In this document: positions 37,501-47,735 of the stretch, one piece after another
Layout: every line of letters starts with the position of its first letter
Position numbering within the stretch: position 1 is the stretch's first letter
NCBI GenBank assembly: GCA_049519355.1
Contig: JBEKQV010000002.1
Location: 67,479-131,478, forward strand
DNA from: Candidatus Microgenomates bacterium
GTDB taxonomy: Bacteria > Patescibacteriota > Microgenomatia > UBA8517
DNA length: 64,000 nucleotides
Direction of reading: 5' to 3'
Notes under the pieces: generated by a model
What the model was told of the DNA's origin: nothing
The model's database searches: none
The model's input: only the letters and a program-made list of their open reading frames with translations
Made by a program: the position numbers and the translations under genes

Positions 37501-38000
37501 CCAAAAACACTTGAATACCATTGAACCGTCTTTTTGGCTTTCGCAAATTCGTCATGGATTATTGCCTGACCAACCTCACCCAGAGGACAGGCAGATGTAC
37601 AAATCAATCCCCTTGAATATTTTTCAAGAGTCTCTCTATCAAACCTCGCACGGTAATAATAACCATCAAGGTGAGCAATAGAAGAAAGCTTCATAAGGTT
37701 TTGGTAGCCTTCGTTATTTTTAGCCAAAAGCAAAAGGTGAAAATTTTGAAGTTCACCCCGGGCCGGTCTATCGGTTAATTTTCCAGAAGTAATATAACCT
37801 TCCATCCCCAAAATCGGCTTCACTCCCTGTTTTATCGCTTCTTTATAAAACTCGATCTCCCCATACATCACACCGTGATCGGTAATGGCGAGTGAATCCA
37901 TCTCGTTTTCTTTAACGTGGTTCAAAAGCTTCTTGATGTTACTGAGTCCATCAAGAAGTGAATATTCCGTGTGGACATGAAGATGAACAAATTTAGCCAT
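34524..38000 (-). CDS. dnaE: DNA polymerase III alpha subunit
   Basis: PHP (HLHVHTEYSLLDG), PPDIDFD, KFDILG, YGFNKAH, OB fold. Confidence 0.98.
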   Translation of the reverse strand: MAKFVHLHVHTEYSLLDGLSNIKKLLNHVKENEMDSLAITDHGVMYGEIEFYKEAIKQGVKPILGMEGYITSGKLTDRPARGELQNFHLLLLAKNNEGYQNLMKLSSIAHLDGYYYRARFDRETLEKYSRGLICTSACPLGEVGQAIIHDEFAKAKKTVQWYSSVFGEDYYLELQRHEFGKWVEKAKEPEIKTSLIEMEDNEKKWNQGILKISRELGIPVIATNDTHYIKQEDALAQDVLVCIATGKIITDTKRMRYIDAQEFYIKSPDEMQKLFLDVPDALENTVKIAKKCNLEVKLGAWSFPKFPLPKGVTADEQLKKLAEDGLKVKVPKADKKTNERLNYELDIIIKKGYSPYFLIVRDLANWTNSQGIITNTRGSAAGSLVSYVLGITTVNPLTYYLPFERFLNPYRPSPPDIDFDVADDRRDEIIGYITKTYGKEKVAQVCTFGRMLSRAAVRDVARVLGYPYSTGDRIAKMIPPPKQGFPITITKAMDEILELRTLYNTDPNTKKVLDLAMQIEGNARHVSVHAAGVVVAPTEITDFSPVQREPSGEKIITQYEMHACEEVGLIKFDILGIRNLSILGAAVDIVKKTYGIDIDLHKIPLDDKKTFQMLAKGETMGVFQLASAGMTKYLTELKPTQIEDLMAMVALYRPGPISQIPEYIKRKHNPKLVKYLDPRMEKFLGKSYGLIVYQDDLLFCALDLAGYTWEEADKFRKAVGKKIPEEMAAQKEKFIKGVVANGQTQTFAENLWKLFEPFQSYGFNKAHAASYGMIAYQTAYMKANYPVEYMAALMTAESDDKDKVSAAINECRRMGIKVFAPDINESQVGFTIVKDKDSIGGKGIRFGLSAIKNVGEAAITAILAARSEGKFVSFADFLGKVDGRKVNKKVLESLIKVGAMANFGGRAALLSSMDSIKDKVVRPKDDDNQQGLFATGVLKKTEAATVITVSNIEEFSDDEIQSLERQLLGFSLSAKPISEIIGPLEFQSTHKIFEILGAETSTDSVRVAGVVAEVRVIVTKKTGAEMAFVKIDDGTGTIEVVVFPKIFKETRDFWAEGQPLLISGRIDTRDEIPALIAESIETMTSLNEKKNREVFIKISKNTEINSLRRLKTLLTDRLGEETAFLMFEGGKKVRLPFKIAWNETLAKEISDILESKPS

Positions 38001-38005
38001 TATTT

Positions 38006-38914
38006 TTAAGATTCTGTAACAAAACTTTCCAATGCATTCCCTTGGGCATCTGCCAACAAGCCTCTTGAGTGTTCTGTTTTAATATCTTTTGCTTTCTGGG
38101 TAACATTATCAAGTAACGGATTGACTTTCGTCTTCCACAACTTTAATAAATTTTCCTGGTCCTCGATATTCAAAGTCGAATTTCCTGTTAGTCTCATTAA
38201 ATCTTCTCGTGACAAAATCAACCCCCCCATACTTGTGGTCATCATCCCCAAATCATCCCAATCAAATTTTTTGTTCAACTCCGGAAGTCTCAGGGCATGA
38301 TTAACCCGATCTGGATTTTCCTTAGCTATTTTGTCAAATGCATCTTTATCTAACGCTCTTCTACTCCAATGCAATTTTTTACCCACCTCGAGCAACCTTG
38401 AAATTAAAGGATGTTTATAATTCCAACCAAAGTCCTGTCTTTTTACTCTAGTTATCACTACAAAATCATCTCCGCCCAACCGCCCAACAACCGCATCAGA
38501 TCTAACAGCACCTTCATGCTTCTTATCTCCCCTAATTAAAACTGCTAATTCTTTAAGACATTCATCCCCGACAGCCCAAGTAAATAAATCGTCATAGGCC
38601 TTAAAGTACCGTATATCAGTTTTTAACACCAAAAGTGATTCTGAAGGATCCTTGTCTCTAAAAACCTCATTAATTAGTCTTCCAAGACCGATGGAAATCC
38701 CTTTTTCATTAGCAACCCCGGTTAATGGGTCCCTTGCGCTTTCTCTTTCCAGTCTTGCCCTTACCTCGTTGCCAGACAAAGTGTTCTCAGCCGATATACT
38801 TTTACCACTCAGGAAGGATGTTCCTTCTTTGTCTATGGCAATTTCGGTGTTACTTATTTCGGCACCCCGCTTAATATCTTCAAAATCGGTTTCCTGACTT
38901 GAGTTATCTGCCAT
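38006..38914 (-). CDS. GGDEF-domain protein
   Basis: [25 protein letters not shown]. Confidence 0.8.
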   Translation of the reverse strand: MADNSSQETDFEDIKRGAEISNTEIAIDKEGTSFLSGKSISAENTLSGNEVRARLERESARDPLTGVANEKGISIGLGRLINEVFRDKDPSESLLVLKTDIRYFKAYDDLFTWAVGDECLKELAVLIRGDKKHEGAVRSDAVVGRLGGDDFVVITRVKRQDFGWNYKHPLISRLLEVGKKLHWSRRALDKDAFDKIAKENPDRVNHALRLPELNKKFDWDDLGMMTTSMGGLILSREDLMRLTGNSTLNIEDQENLLKLWKTKVNPLLDNVTQKAKDIKTEHSRGLLADAQGNALESFVTES

Positions 38915-40214
38915 TTAATTTACCCAAAAGTCGCGTTTGTAATTCTTTAACATTTCCTTTCCCTTTTAATTTTTTCTGTACCATTCCAATCAAAAATCCG
39001 ATTACTTCACCTTTACCTTTTTTATAATCCTCAACTGCTTTCTGATTCTCTCCCAAAACTTCCGCTATAGCAACATCAGTTTCTCCCTGAGCGGCATATG
39101 CAACACTTGTTAATTCCAACACCTTCCTGATAAGTCCCGCGGGTTCGGGAAAATCCACATCGAGTTTTTTATTTATCATTAAATCGGCAACCATCTTGGG
39201 AGAAATATTCTCTTTCGTTGCTAATTTAACTGCATCTTCAAAATATTTCGCTCTTTCGATGTCAGAAACCAAAATCTCCGTATAATCTTCAGGCAATTTA
39301 TATTCTTCTATAAATCTAACCCTTTTGTCCTTTGGCAATTCCGGTAAAGAACTCTGAAGTTTTTCAATTTCGTCATTGGTGAATCTCATGGGAGGAATGT
39401 CAGGTTCGGGGAAATATCTATAATCTTTTGCCTCTTCCTTGCTTCTTTGTAAATACGTTGTCTGTTTTACTTCATCGTAACCTCGCGTTTCGTCATATAC
39501 TTTTTCTCCCTTAAGGAGAATTTCTGTTTGTCTTGCAATCTCTGCGTTAATTGCTTTTTCTAAAAATTTGAAAGAATTGATATTTTTTAGCTCAACTTTG
39601 TAATCCGGAAGTTCTCCGTCTGAAGAAAGCGAAATATTTGCTTCAAGCCTCATTGAACCTTTCTCCATATCAGCATTACTGATTTCCAAATATCTGGCGA
39701 CTATTTGAACTTCCTTCAGAAAATCAACTACGGATTTAACATCATGGAAGTCGGGTTCCGTTACCATTTCCATAAGCGGAACCGAGCTGCGATTAAAATC
39801 AATTAACGAAGATTTTTCCCCATCCACCGTTTCATGAACCAGCTTTCCGGTGTCCTCCTCCAGATGAACCCTTCTTAATTTCTTATCCTCAAAATTTCCA
39901 CCAACGCAAAGCGGCAAATCATATTGTGAAATTTGATAACTCTTGGGTAAATCGGGATAAAAATAGTGTTTTCTATCAAATTTACTGAATCTATTTATGC
40001 GGGAACCGAAAGCCAAGCCAAATTTTATTACGTCGATAACAGCCTCCCTGTTTGCAAAAGGAAGTGCACCAGGTAGACCCAAACAAACCGGACAAACCTG
40101 AGTATTCGGTTTCTTGCCGAAGTGGTCGGCGGGGCATGAACAAAACATTTTGCTTTTCGTAGAAAGCTCAATGTGTACTTCAAGTCCGATAATAGGAATC
40201 AAGTTATTAGCCAT
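38904..40214 (-). CDS. gatB: Asp/Glu-tRNA amidotransferase subunit B
   Basis: [32 protein letters not shown]. Confidence 0.97.
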   Translation of the reverse strand: MANNLIPIIGLEVHIELSTKSKMFCSCPADHFGKKPNTQVCPVCLGLPGALPFANREAVIDVIKFGLAFGSRINRFSKFDRKHYFYPDLPKSYQISQYDLPLCVGGNFEDKKLRRVHLEEDTGKLVHETVDGEKSSLIDFNRSSVPLMEMVTEPDFHDVKSVVDFLKEVQIVARYLEISNADMEKGSMRLEANISLSSDGELPDYKVELKNINSFKFLEKAINAEIARQTEILLKGEKVYDETRGYDEVKQTTYLQRSKEEAKDYRYFPEPDIPPMRFTNDEIEKLQSSLPELPKDKRVRFIEEYKLPEDYTEILVSDIERAKYFEDAVKLATKENISPKMVADLMINKKLDVDFPEPAGLIRKVLELTSVAYAAQGETDVAIAEVLGENQKAVEDYKKGKGEVIGFLIGMVQKKLKGKGNVKELQTRLLGKLNGR

Positions 40215-40223
40215 TTCTATAAA

Positions 40224-41468
40224 CTACCCTCCCAAAAAACTGTCACCGAACCTCCGGGAAATAAAGAACAACGTAATTGAAAACAAAGATAAAATCAAAA
40301 GCAGCACTCTAATACCCAAGATTTCTACAATTGATCCGGAAAATATAACTGGAACAACTGATGCAATAGTCACAAGAAACCAAAAATTGCCGAAAACCCT
40401 GCCCCTTAGGTTTTCCGGAGTTGACTCCTGTAAAAAGGTCTGCGACGGCACTACAATTCCGACAAAGCTAAACCCTATTATAAGAACCGCAAAAAAGGAA
40501 AGGATTACTCTAACCCAATAAGAAAACAAAGGAATTACAAATGTGAGTAGCAAAATCGTAATTCCCGCTGTAAGAAGCGCAGCATCCACAACTTGTTTTT
40601 TCCTGATTCTCATTTTCAATATTCTCGGCATTGTCAGGGCACCAGTAATAGCCCCTATCCCAGCCGGAACTAAAATATAAATTCCTGCAGTCGTAAGCGG
40701 AATTAAAAGAATTTCCTTGGCTACTGCGGGAACTTGCACTATAGTAACTTGTAACGCAACTTCAAAACCGATTAGAAGCAGGAAAGGAGTCAAAACCTTC
40801 CTTTCTCCTTTTATAAATTCGTAACCGTTACTGATATGTTTAAAAAATCCTATGACTGCAGTTTCAAATTTCTTTGGAATTGTATTGTTGGGTGACAAAT
40901 GGGGCAGGAAAAGAGTACTCACAAAAGCAATGAATAGGAAAAATGAACAAACAAAAAGTGTATTGTTAAAACCTAAAAGTCCCAGCATCAAACCCGCAAC
41001 CGCAAAACCTAAAACAATGGCACCTTGTTGTGTTAAAAAGAAAAGGCTATTACCGTGCGCCAGATTTTCTTTATGAAGTACCGACGGCATTGTAGCGGCC
41101 TCCGAGGGAACATAAAATTGATTAATCAAAGAATAAATAAAGACCACCTCATAAAGGAGAAAAATATTCTGCTTAGAAGCCAGCCCGTAAAGAAGAATTG
41201 TAACTGATTGCAGTAAATTAGTAATAACAAGCATTTTTCTTCTATCTACGAGGTCGACGGTTGCGGAAGCAAATGGCCCAATAAGCATGGCAGGGAGCGA
41301 ATATGCAACCCAAAGAAATGAAGTTGAAATTGCTGAGCCTGTGACCTCAAACAATCTAATAAGAAAAACAAAATTCATAATATTTATTGTCAGCTGGGAG
41401 AAAATTTGGGAAATCCAAATATATAAAAAGTTTTTATTTTCCAAAACCGGTTTAAATTCTTTCAACAT
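40224..41468 (-). CDS. MFS transporter
   Basis: About 12 TM, VDLVDRRK motif A, RGRV. Confidence 0.9.
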   Translation of the reverse strand: MLKEFKPVLENKNFLYIWISQIFSQLTINIMNFVFLIRLFEVTGSAISTSFLWVAYSLPAMLIGPFASATVDLVDRRKMLVITNLLQSVTILLYGLASKQNIFLLYEVVFIYSLINQFYVPSEAATMPSVLHKENLAHGNSLFFLTQQGAIVLGFAVAGLMLGLLGFNNTLFVCSFFLFIAFVSTLFLPHLSPNNTIPKKFETAVIGFFKHISNGYEFIKGERKVLTPFLLLIGFEVALQVTIVQVPAVAKEILLIPLTTAGIYILVPAGIGAITGALTMPRILKMRIRKKQVVDAALLTAGITILLLTFVIPLFSYWVRVILSFFAVLIIGFSFVGIVVPSQTFLQESTPENLRGRVFGNFWFLVTIASVVPVIFSGSIVEILGIRVLLLILSLFSITLFFISRRFGDSFLGG

Positions 41469-41469
41469 C

Positions 41470-42864
41470 TTATTTAAATGCTAACTTTGGTTGATAACTC
41501 GTAATTTCCTGATACATATTTCCAAGAGCAAAAAGAGTATTCTCGGAAAAACGCGGGCCCAGAATCTGAAACCCTAAAGGAAGACCGGATTGATTAAATC
41601 CTGACGGAACCGCAAGCCCGGGAATTCCTACTAAATTCGCTGAGGCCGTATAAATATCGGCAAGATACATTTTTAAGGGATCCGAGGCTTTTTCTCCAAG
41701 TTTAAATGCCGCAGTAGGAGAAACCGGTGCTATCAGTGCGTCAACTTTTTCAAAAACTTTATCAAAATCGCCTATCATTTTAGACCTGACTTTCTGGGCT
41801 TTAAGATAATACGCATCATAATATCCCGCCGAAAGAACGTAGGTACCGAGCATTATTCTTCTTTTTGCTTCCGCTCCGAAGCTGTCTCTACTGTTTCCGT
41901 ATCTGATTCCGTCATATCTCCCCAAATTCGATGAAACTTCGGCCGGCTGCACTATGTAATAAACCGAAATCGCATACTTTGTGTTTGGCAATGTAACATC
42001 GACGATCTTAACTCCCTTACTTCTGAAGACCTTAACAACTTCCAAAACAGATTCTTCAACCTCCCTGTCAAGTCCGCCCAAAAAATATTCTTTTGGAATA
42101 CCTATTTTTAATTTATCTTTGGGTTTTTGATCGTTAGCGTTCTTTACGGTTGAATCAAATCCGTCTTCTCCTTTTGTGACATCAAAAATTGTCTCGACAT
42201 CGGAAACCGTGTGACCAAAACAGCCGATACTGTCAAGGGATGAGGCCATTGCAATAACTCCGTATCTAGAAACGGCTCCGTAAGTTGGTTTAAGTCCAGT
42301 AACCCCACAAAAATTAGCCGGTTGCCGAATAGAACCTCCCGTATCGGTCCCTGAAGCTATCAAGCTCATTCCGGAGGCAACTGCCGTTGCGGATCCGCTC
42401 GATGAACCACCTGGAACATATTCCTTATTCCAGGGGTTTAGAGTCGGACCAAAATCTGAATTCTCACCGCTTGCACCATGTGCCCAAGCGTCACAGTTTG
42501 TTTTTCCGATCATTATTGCACCGGCTTTTTTGTCCCGTTCAACAACAGTGGCGGAATATTCAGGAATAAATGATTCCAACACTTTTGAAGACGCCGTGGT
42601 TCTTATACCCTTCGTCATAAACAAATCTTTATGTGCAATCACCGAACCCAGAAGCGGATACTGATCTTTTGAGATTCCTGTCTCGACTAATTTATCAACT
42701 TCCTTTGCCTCCTTATAAGCAACCTCATCAGATATTGTCAAAAAAGCATTTAAACCTTTGAATTCGTCTATTCGTTCCAAATATTTATCAACAAGTTCGA
42801 CTGCAGAAAACTTTTTATCAAGAAGACCTTTTCTTGTTTCTTTTATTGTCAGGGGTGTTTCCAT
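41470..42864 (-). CDS. gatA: Asp/Glu-tRNA amidotransferase subunit A
   Basis: GGSSSGSA, GTDTGGSIRQPA. Start reassigned to ATG 42864, just after the gatC stop. Confidence 0.96.
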   Translation of the reverse strand: METPLTIKETRKGLLDKKFSAVELVDKYLERIDEFKGLNAFLTISDEVAYKEAKEVDKLVETGISKDQYPLLGSVIAHKDLFMTKGIRTTASSKVLESFIPEYSATVVERDKKAGAIMIGKTNCDAWAHGASGENSDFGPTLNPWNKEYVPGGSSSGSATAVASGMSLIASGTDTGGSIRQPANFCGVTGLKPTYGAVSRYGVIAMASSLDSIGCFGHTVSDVETIFDVTKGEDGFDSTVKNANDQKPKDKLKIGIPKEYFLGGLDREVEESVLEVVKVFRSKGVKIVDVTLPNTKYAISVYYIVQPAEVSSNLGRYDGIRYGNSRDSFGAEAKRRIMLGTYVLSAGYYDAYYLKAQKVRSKMIGDFDKVFEKVDALIAPVSPTAAFKLGEKASDPLKMYLADIYTASANLVGIPGLAVPSGFNQSGLPLGFQILGPRFSENTLFALGNMYQEITSYQPKLAFK

Positions 42865-42865
42865 T

Positions 42866-43177
42866 TTACTTGTCTGTTCTTTCGGAAAGAATCGCTTTAA
42901 CTTTAAAATATCCGTTATATGTTTTTTCGCTTCCTGCGACTGCCTCATCTTGATTTAAACAATTTTCTCCTTTTATCACGTCTTGCCTAAAAACATTTTC
43001 AAGACCCGTTGTCTGACTTGTTGGCTCAACATCATTCGTATCAATCTCGGAGAGTTCGCTAAAGTAATTGATAACGGGGGCCAGTTGCTCAGTATATTTA
43101 TTTATTTCTTTCTCGGAAATATCAAGCTTTGCCAACTTTGCGACATGTAAAACATCAACTTTTGTGAGCTTTGCCAT
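42866..43177 (-). CDS. gatC: Asp/Glu-tRNA amidotransferase subunit C
   Basis: HVAKLAKL, VEPT, YFKVKAIL, adjacent to gatA. Confidence 0.94.
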   Translation of the reverse strand: MAKLTKVDVLHVAKLAKLDISEKEINKYTEQLAPVINYFSELSEIDTNDVEPTSQTTGLENVFRQDVIKGENCLNQDEAVAGSEKTYNGYFKVKAILSERTDK

Positions 43178-43217
43178 ATCTGTAATAATAAATCCTTCGA
43201 GGCTTTTTCACAAGAAG

Positions 43218-44144
43218 TCAGATCATATTTTCGAGAGCCTTAATCCTATCCGGAATTGGCGGATGTGTATTAAAAAGATTCGCAAACCAACCAACACTTC
43301 CGTGTCCTTTCTGCTTAAAAGGGTTACTGATGTAAAGATGTGCCGTTGCCTTGTTGGCCGTATGTAACACATTAGGATCAGACGAAATCTTTTTAAGAGC
43401 TGAAATAAGACCATTCGGTTGTCTGGTTATTTCTACAGAACCAGCATCAGCGGCATATTCACGCCTCCTTGAAATTGCCAACTGTATTAACGATCCTACA
43501 ATCGGAGAAAGAATTGCAAAAATAATCCCCAAAATTAAAAAGATCGAACCAACACTATCTCTATCATTACCTCTTCTACCGCCAAACCAGGTCATCCTGA
43601 TAAGCCAATCACCAAGAAGTGCAACAAGCCCGACCATTACGGCGACTACCGCCATGAGCCTAGTGTCGTAACTTTTTACATGGGTCATTTCATGACCAAT
43701 TACCCCTTCAAGTTCGGTCCTATTTAGTTTTGAAAGAAGTCCGGTTGTCGCACAAATTGCTGCATGCTTGGGATCACGCCCTGTGGCAAAAGCATTGGGG
43801 GCAGGGTCATCGATAACATAAAGCTTCGGCATTGGAACTCCCGCTCCTATAGCTATGTTTTCGGCTACAGTATAAAAAAGGAAATCCGCCTTACGATTGG
43901 CAGGACGCGCACCGGATATCCCCAGCACAATTTTGTCCGAATAATAATAGCCGACAAAACTCGAGACCCCGGAAATTATTAAGGCCAAGCCAACAAAACC
44001 TAATCCTCCGGGCTGATAACCGAGATAAATTCCTATTGCATTAGTTAAAATGTAAGCCGCAACAAAAACAAACACAATGAAAAGCGCAATAATTATTGCG
44101 CTTTTCCACTTGTTGGCAGTTTGAACCTCGTAAATGTTTTTCAC
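43218..44144 (-). CDS. htpX: M48 membrane metalloprotease HtpX
   Basis: PNAFATG, HEMTH, SRRREY, THPP. Confidence 0.94.
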   Translation of the reverse strand: MKNIYEVQTANKWKSAIIIALFIVFVFVAAYILTNAIGIYLGYQPGGLGFVGLALIISGVSSFVGYYYSDKIVLGISGARPANRKADFLFYTVAENIAIGAGVPMPKLYVIDDPAPNAFATGRDPKHAAICATTGLLSKLNRTELEGVIGHEMTHVKSYDTRLMAVVAVMVGLVALLGDWLIRMTWFGGRRGNDRDSVGSIFLILGIIFAILSPIVGSLIQLAISRRREYAADAGSVEITRQPNGLISALKKISSDPNVLHTANKATAHLYISNPFKQKGHGSVGWFANLFNTHPPIPDRIKALENMI

Positions 44145-44722
44145 AGATTCACTTTGGGCGTTTTCATTTCCTCTTCAGTCACCTTCATCTCAGCTCCATC
44201 TGCGGGTGTTTCAAGCCCCACAAGTTTTTCAAAATGGAACATTCCTGCAATTACATTACTTGGAAACGAAACCAGCCTGACATTATACTCGGCAGTCAAA
44301 TCAATTAAAAGACGCCTGGCATACATTACTTTATCCGAGGTATCCCTAAGTTCATCCATCAAATTTGTAACAACCTCTGCTCCTTTTAGTTCAGGGTTGC
44401 TTTCAACAACCACCTGAATTTTAGGTAAAACATCCGAAAGCATTTTGCCTGCGTCGGCCATTTTCTTTAAATTTCCTGAATCCACTGCCGACGAAATTGC
44501 GCGTCTTGCAGCCGTAAGTTCATCGTATATTCCTTTTTCGTGTTTTAGATAACCTTTTGCAGAAGCTTCCAGATTCGGTATAAGTTCTGCTTGTCTTTTG
44601 AGCTGATTTCCGATTTCCTGAATTGAAGCTCCGACTCTTGTTTTTGTAGAAACAAAAAAGTTATAGATAGAAACGACCCAAAGAATAAGTATTAAAATAA
44701 TTCCCAAAAAAATATAAATCAT
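44141..44722 (-). CDS. lemA: LemA family protein
   Basis: QLKRQAELIPNL, PELK, FPSNVIA, adjacent to htpX. Confidence 0.9.
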   Translation of the reverse strand: MIYIFLGIILILILWVVSIYNFFVSTKTRVGASIQEIGNQLKRQAELIPNLEASAKGYLKHEKGIYDELTAARRAISSAVDSGNLKKMADAGKMLSDVLPKIQVVVESNPELKGAEVVTNLMDELRDTSDKVMYARRLLIDLTAEYNVRLVSFPSNVIAGMFHFEKLVGLETPADGAEMKVTEEEMKTPKVNL

Positions 44723-44725
44723 AAT

Positions 44726-46441
44726 TTAATCACCACCTTTCAGTAATTTCTCAAATTCAACCAAACTTCGCGTATTGATTATATCATTGTCGGTTGCCCA
44801 CCCACGCCGTGCCACAGAAACTCCAAACATCATATTATTCAACCCGTCTTTGTGATGCGCATCGGTTCCGAACGTAAGTTTCACACCAATTTTCACCGCT
44901 TCCCTTACCAATGTATCAGGAAGATCCAATCGCATCGGATCACAGTTAATTTCAATCCATTTATCATTTTTTAGGCAAAATTCAAAAATTTCCGGCCAAT
45001 TTAATTCAACCCCTTCTCTTTCATTTAATTTCCTTGCGGTCGGGTGAGCGAATATTCTCGCTTTGGGCTGAGATAGTGCTGAAAGAACTCTTTTCGTCAT
45101 GTTGCTGCGCTCTAAATCAAAACTTGAGTGAATTGACACGAGAGCGAAGTCCAAAAGATCAAAACCCGAGTCGGGAACTGGAAGCTTACCGTTAGGCAGA
45201 ATATCAATTTCGAGGCAGTTAAACACTCTTCGAATATATTTTGTGTTCTTTTTTGATAATGAGTAATTTAATTCGTCAATCTTTTCACGCTTCCTTTTTA
45301 AAATTTCCACAATTTGTTTTTCGTCGTGACCTTTCTGACTGGGATTGTGTTCTGTGAAAGCTAGATATTCATAATGAAGCTCCTCGGCTTTTCTAATTAT
45401 TTCTTCCATACTGCTTTCACCCAGATCGTGACTGGTTTCAATATCAAAACTTGAGTGTATTTGAAGATCGGCTTTTATATCTTTTAACTCAACAAGTTTT
45501 GGAATTTTTTTTTCGCGGGCAGCTTCAATTTCACCTGTATCTTCTCTAAGCTCAGGAGGAATATAATCAAGGCCGAGGAATTTATAAAAACTTTTTTCAT
45601 CGGAAAACTTCTTAACCTGGCCGGTTGATTGATTTTTTACTCCATGCTCCGATAAGGACAAGCCTTTCTTCAATGCATACTCTCTTAAGGCAATGTTATG
45701 ATGTTTTGAACCTGTGAAATGTTGAAGAAGAGAGCCGTAAGACTCTGGTGGCTGAGTCATCAAATCAACTTGTACATTACCCGGAAGCAAAATCGATGAA
45801 GTATAATCCCCCTTTTCGATAGTTTTAACCGACTTTGGATATTTAGTAAAATAATCGAGAACTTCAGGCGCATTTTCAGTTGCAACCGATAAATCTATAT
45901 CTCCTATTGTCGAAGCTTGACGTCTAAGACTGCCCAGCGTGTCTATACGATTTACGGCCTTATCTTTAATTAAGTAATCCATCAACTCCGATGCAATCAT
46001 TGCCGCATAAGGTAATAAATGGCGTTTACCTTTCTTTTCCTTAGCTTCAACTTCTTTGAGTTTCTCGTCTACTTCCTTTTGTGAACCTTCTTTAATCATT
46101 TTCATAGCCGTTTTAATACCAATTCCCGGAAGTTCCATTAACTTAAAAGCTTCTTTAGGAATCCCTTTCATCAGGCTTCCAAAATGCTTTGATCTTCCCG
46201 TACGGAAAAGTTCATCTAAATGCTCAGCGATGCCCGGACCGACTCCAGGAACCTCCTCAAGCTTCTTATCGTCCCACAAGTCTTTAAGTTCGCTTGTAGC
46301 ATGCTCTACCGCGTCTGCGGCCCTTTCATAAGCAATTATCTGGAATTTATACTTGTTCTGATCTTTATATTGATAGGCAGAAGCTACATCCCTGAGAAGT
46401 TCTGCTATTTGAAGGTTTGTTAACTCTTTACGGGTGGGCAT
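44726..46441 (-). CDS. polX: DNA polymerase X / PHP domain protein
   Basis: HhH PGVG, GSLRR, GDIDL, HFTGSKHHN, PHP domain (TEH, AHP, TDAH). Confidence 0.93.
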   Translation of the reverse strand: MPTRKELTNLQIAELLRDVASAYQYKDQNKYKFQIIAYERAADAVEHATSELKDLWDDKKLEEVPGVGPGIAEHLDELFRTGRSKHFGSLMKGIPKEAFKLMELPGIGIKTAMKMIKEGSQKEVDEKLKEVEAKEKKGKRHLLPYAAMIASELMDYLIKDKAVNRIDTLGSLRRQASTIGDIDLSVATENAPEVLDYFTKYPKSVKTIEKGDYTSSILLPGNVQVDLMTQPPESYGSLLQHFTGSKHHNIALREYALKKGLSLSEHGVKNQSTGQVKKFSDEKSFYKFLGLDYIPPELREDTGEIEAAREKKIPKLVELKDIKADLQIHSSFDIETSHDLGESSMEEIIRKAEELHYEYLAFTEHNPSQKGHDEKQIVEILKRKREKIDELNYSLSKKNTKYIRRVFNCLEIDILPNGKLPVPDSGFDLLDFALVSIHSSFDLERSNMTKRVLSALSQPKARIFAHPTARKLNEREGVELNWPEIFEFCLKNDKWIEINCDPMRLDLPDTLVREAVKIGVKLTFGTDAHHKDGLNNMMFGVSVARRGWATDNDIINTRSLVEFEKLLKGGD

Positions 46442-46479
46442 GCAATTATTATATATCAGGTTTCGATAGTTTTGCCTTA

Positions 46480-46851
46480 CTATCTAGGAACTCCCGTTAA
46501 GACAAAATAAGGCTTGGGTGGAATTTCTCCGGGATTAGCAAGGTGTTTTCTGACCAGTTCAGAAATATGTACCGATTCAGGTACATATTTAGAAGTTATA
46601 AATTGCCACGCATCGGAATCTTTTATCCGTTCGGGTAATTCCCCTAACTTATATCCGTCTATTGGAATCGTCTCGTTTCCCGCAAGCAGATACCTTGCTA
46701 AGGTGTCCCCTTCCTGAACTAAAACCATCTCCGCAGGAGTCTCCTGCTTGCCCATAGTGATTATCCTGCGCGTCGGATTCAGTTGCTCGTAATCGCGAAT
46801 GGCATTCTCTTTGCTTTCAAACAAAGTGTCGATTTGGAGAATCCATTCCAT
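46480..46851 (-). CDS. Hypothetical protein
   Basis: 123 aa ORF with TAGAAT 6 nt before ATG. Confidence 0.6.
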   Translation of the reverse strand: MEWILQIDTLFESKENAIRDYEQLNPTRRIITMGKQETPAEMVLVQEGDTLARYLLAGNETIPIDGYKLGELPERIKDSDAWQFITSKYVPESVHISELVRKHLANPGEIPPKPYFVLTGVPR

Positions 46852-46942
46852 AAAAGAATTCTAACACCCGAATCAACAGATTTTTTTACTAAAAACTGGC
46901 TTAATTTAGCCCCAATTGATATAATTACACCGTAATAAATTT

Positions 46943-47020
46943 GGGGTCGTAGCTCAACCTGGTTAGAGCGTCTCCCTGTCACGGAGAAGGTTGCGAGTTC
47001 GAGTCTCGTCGACCCCGCCA
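46943..47020 (+). tRNA. tRNA-Asp(GTC)
   Basis: GGGGTCG/CGACCCC, anticodon loop CTGTCAC, TTCGAGT, GCCA. Confidence 0.95.
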
Positions 47021-47096
47021 ATATTCCCCTTGACTTCAATCACTTCTTCATTTACATTCAGGCTACTTCTGCCCGAAAGAATCGGGGTGAATATAT

Positions 47097-47633
47097 TTGA
47101 AATTTGATCTTAAAAAGTTCCTCAAACAGTTAAAGCTAAATGAAGAAAGTATCAGCATGGTACTCGGAGCGATTGTTATCGTTATTGTGGGAATTCTAAT
47201 TGTTAATTATTTTAAAGATAAAGGAACGGGGGTAATTCCGGCAACTTCTTCCCAGACAAGCACGAGAGAGCATGTCGTAGTAAAAGGAGACACCCTTTGG
47301 TCTATTGCAGAAGACTCTTTTGGATCCGGATACAACTGGGTAGATATAAAAAGTGCAAACAATCTTAAAACAGAAACTATCGAGGTAGGGCAAAAATTAA
47401 TAATTCCGGATGTTGCTCCGAAACAGCCTACTTCAACAAAGACGGTGTCAACCATTATATCGGTTCAACCGATTACCAGTAGTAGTTACACTGTCGTAAA
47501 AGGTGACAATCTTTGGAAAATTGCGGTTAGAGCATATGGTGACGGTTATAAATGGGTCGAAATCGCCAAAACAAATAATCTCAAAAATCCCAATCTGATT
47601 TTCTCAGGGAACGTGCTGGTCTTGCCGCGCTGA
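47097..47633 (+). CDS. Membrane-anchored double-LysM protein
   Basis: TM helix plus two LysM repeats (VVKGDTLWSIA, VVKGDNLWKIA). TTGACT-17-TACATT promoter and GGGGTGA SD upstream. Confidence 0.92.
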   Translation: MKFDLKKFLKQLKLNEESISMVLGAIVIVIVGILIVNYFKDKGTGVIPATSSQTSTREHVVVKGDTLWSIAEDSFGSGYNWVDIKSANNLKTETIEVGQKLIIPDVAPKQPTSTKTVSTIISVQPITSSSYTVVKGDNLWKIAVRAYGDGYKWVEIAKTNNLKNPNLIFSGNVLVLPR

Positions 47634-47664
47634 ATGATATAATGTACCCGTACGTATTTGATAT

Positions 47665-47735
47665 GCGGGTATAGTTCACCGGTAGAATGCGTCCTTCCCA
47701 AGGACGAGAAGTGGGTTCGATTCCCATTACCCGCT
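47665..47735 (+). tRNA. tRNA-Gly(CCC), CCA not encoded
   Basis: GCGGGTA/TACCCGC, CGTCC-TTCCCAA-GGACG, TTCGATT. Confidence 0.93.

Noticed and set aside
42865-42948. Extended gatA N-terminus from the ORF track
   Set aside because: It overlaps gatC. ATG 42864 directly follows the gatC stop.
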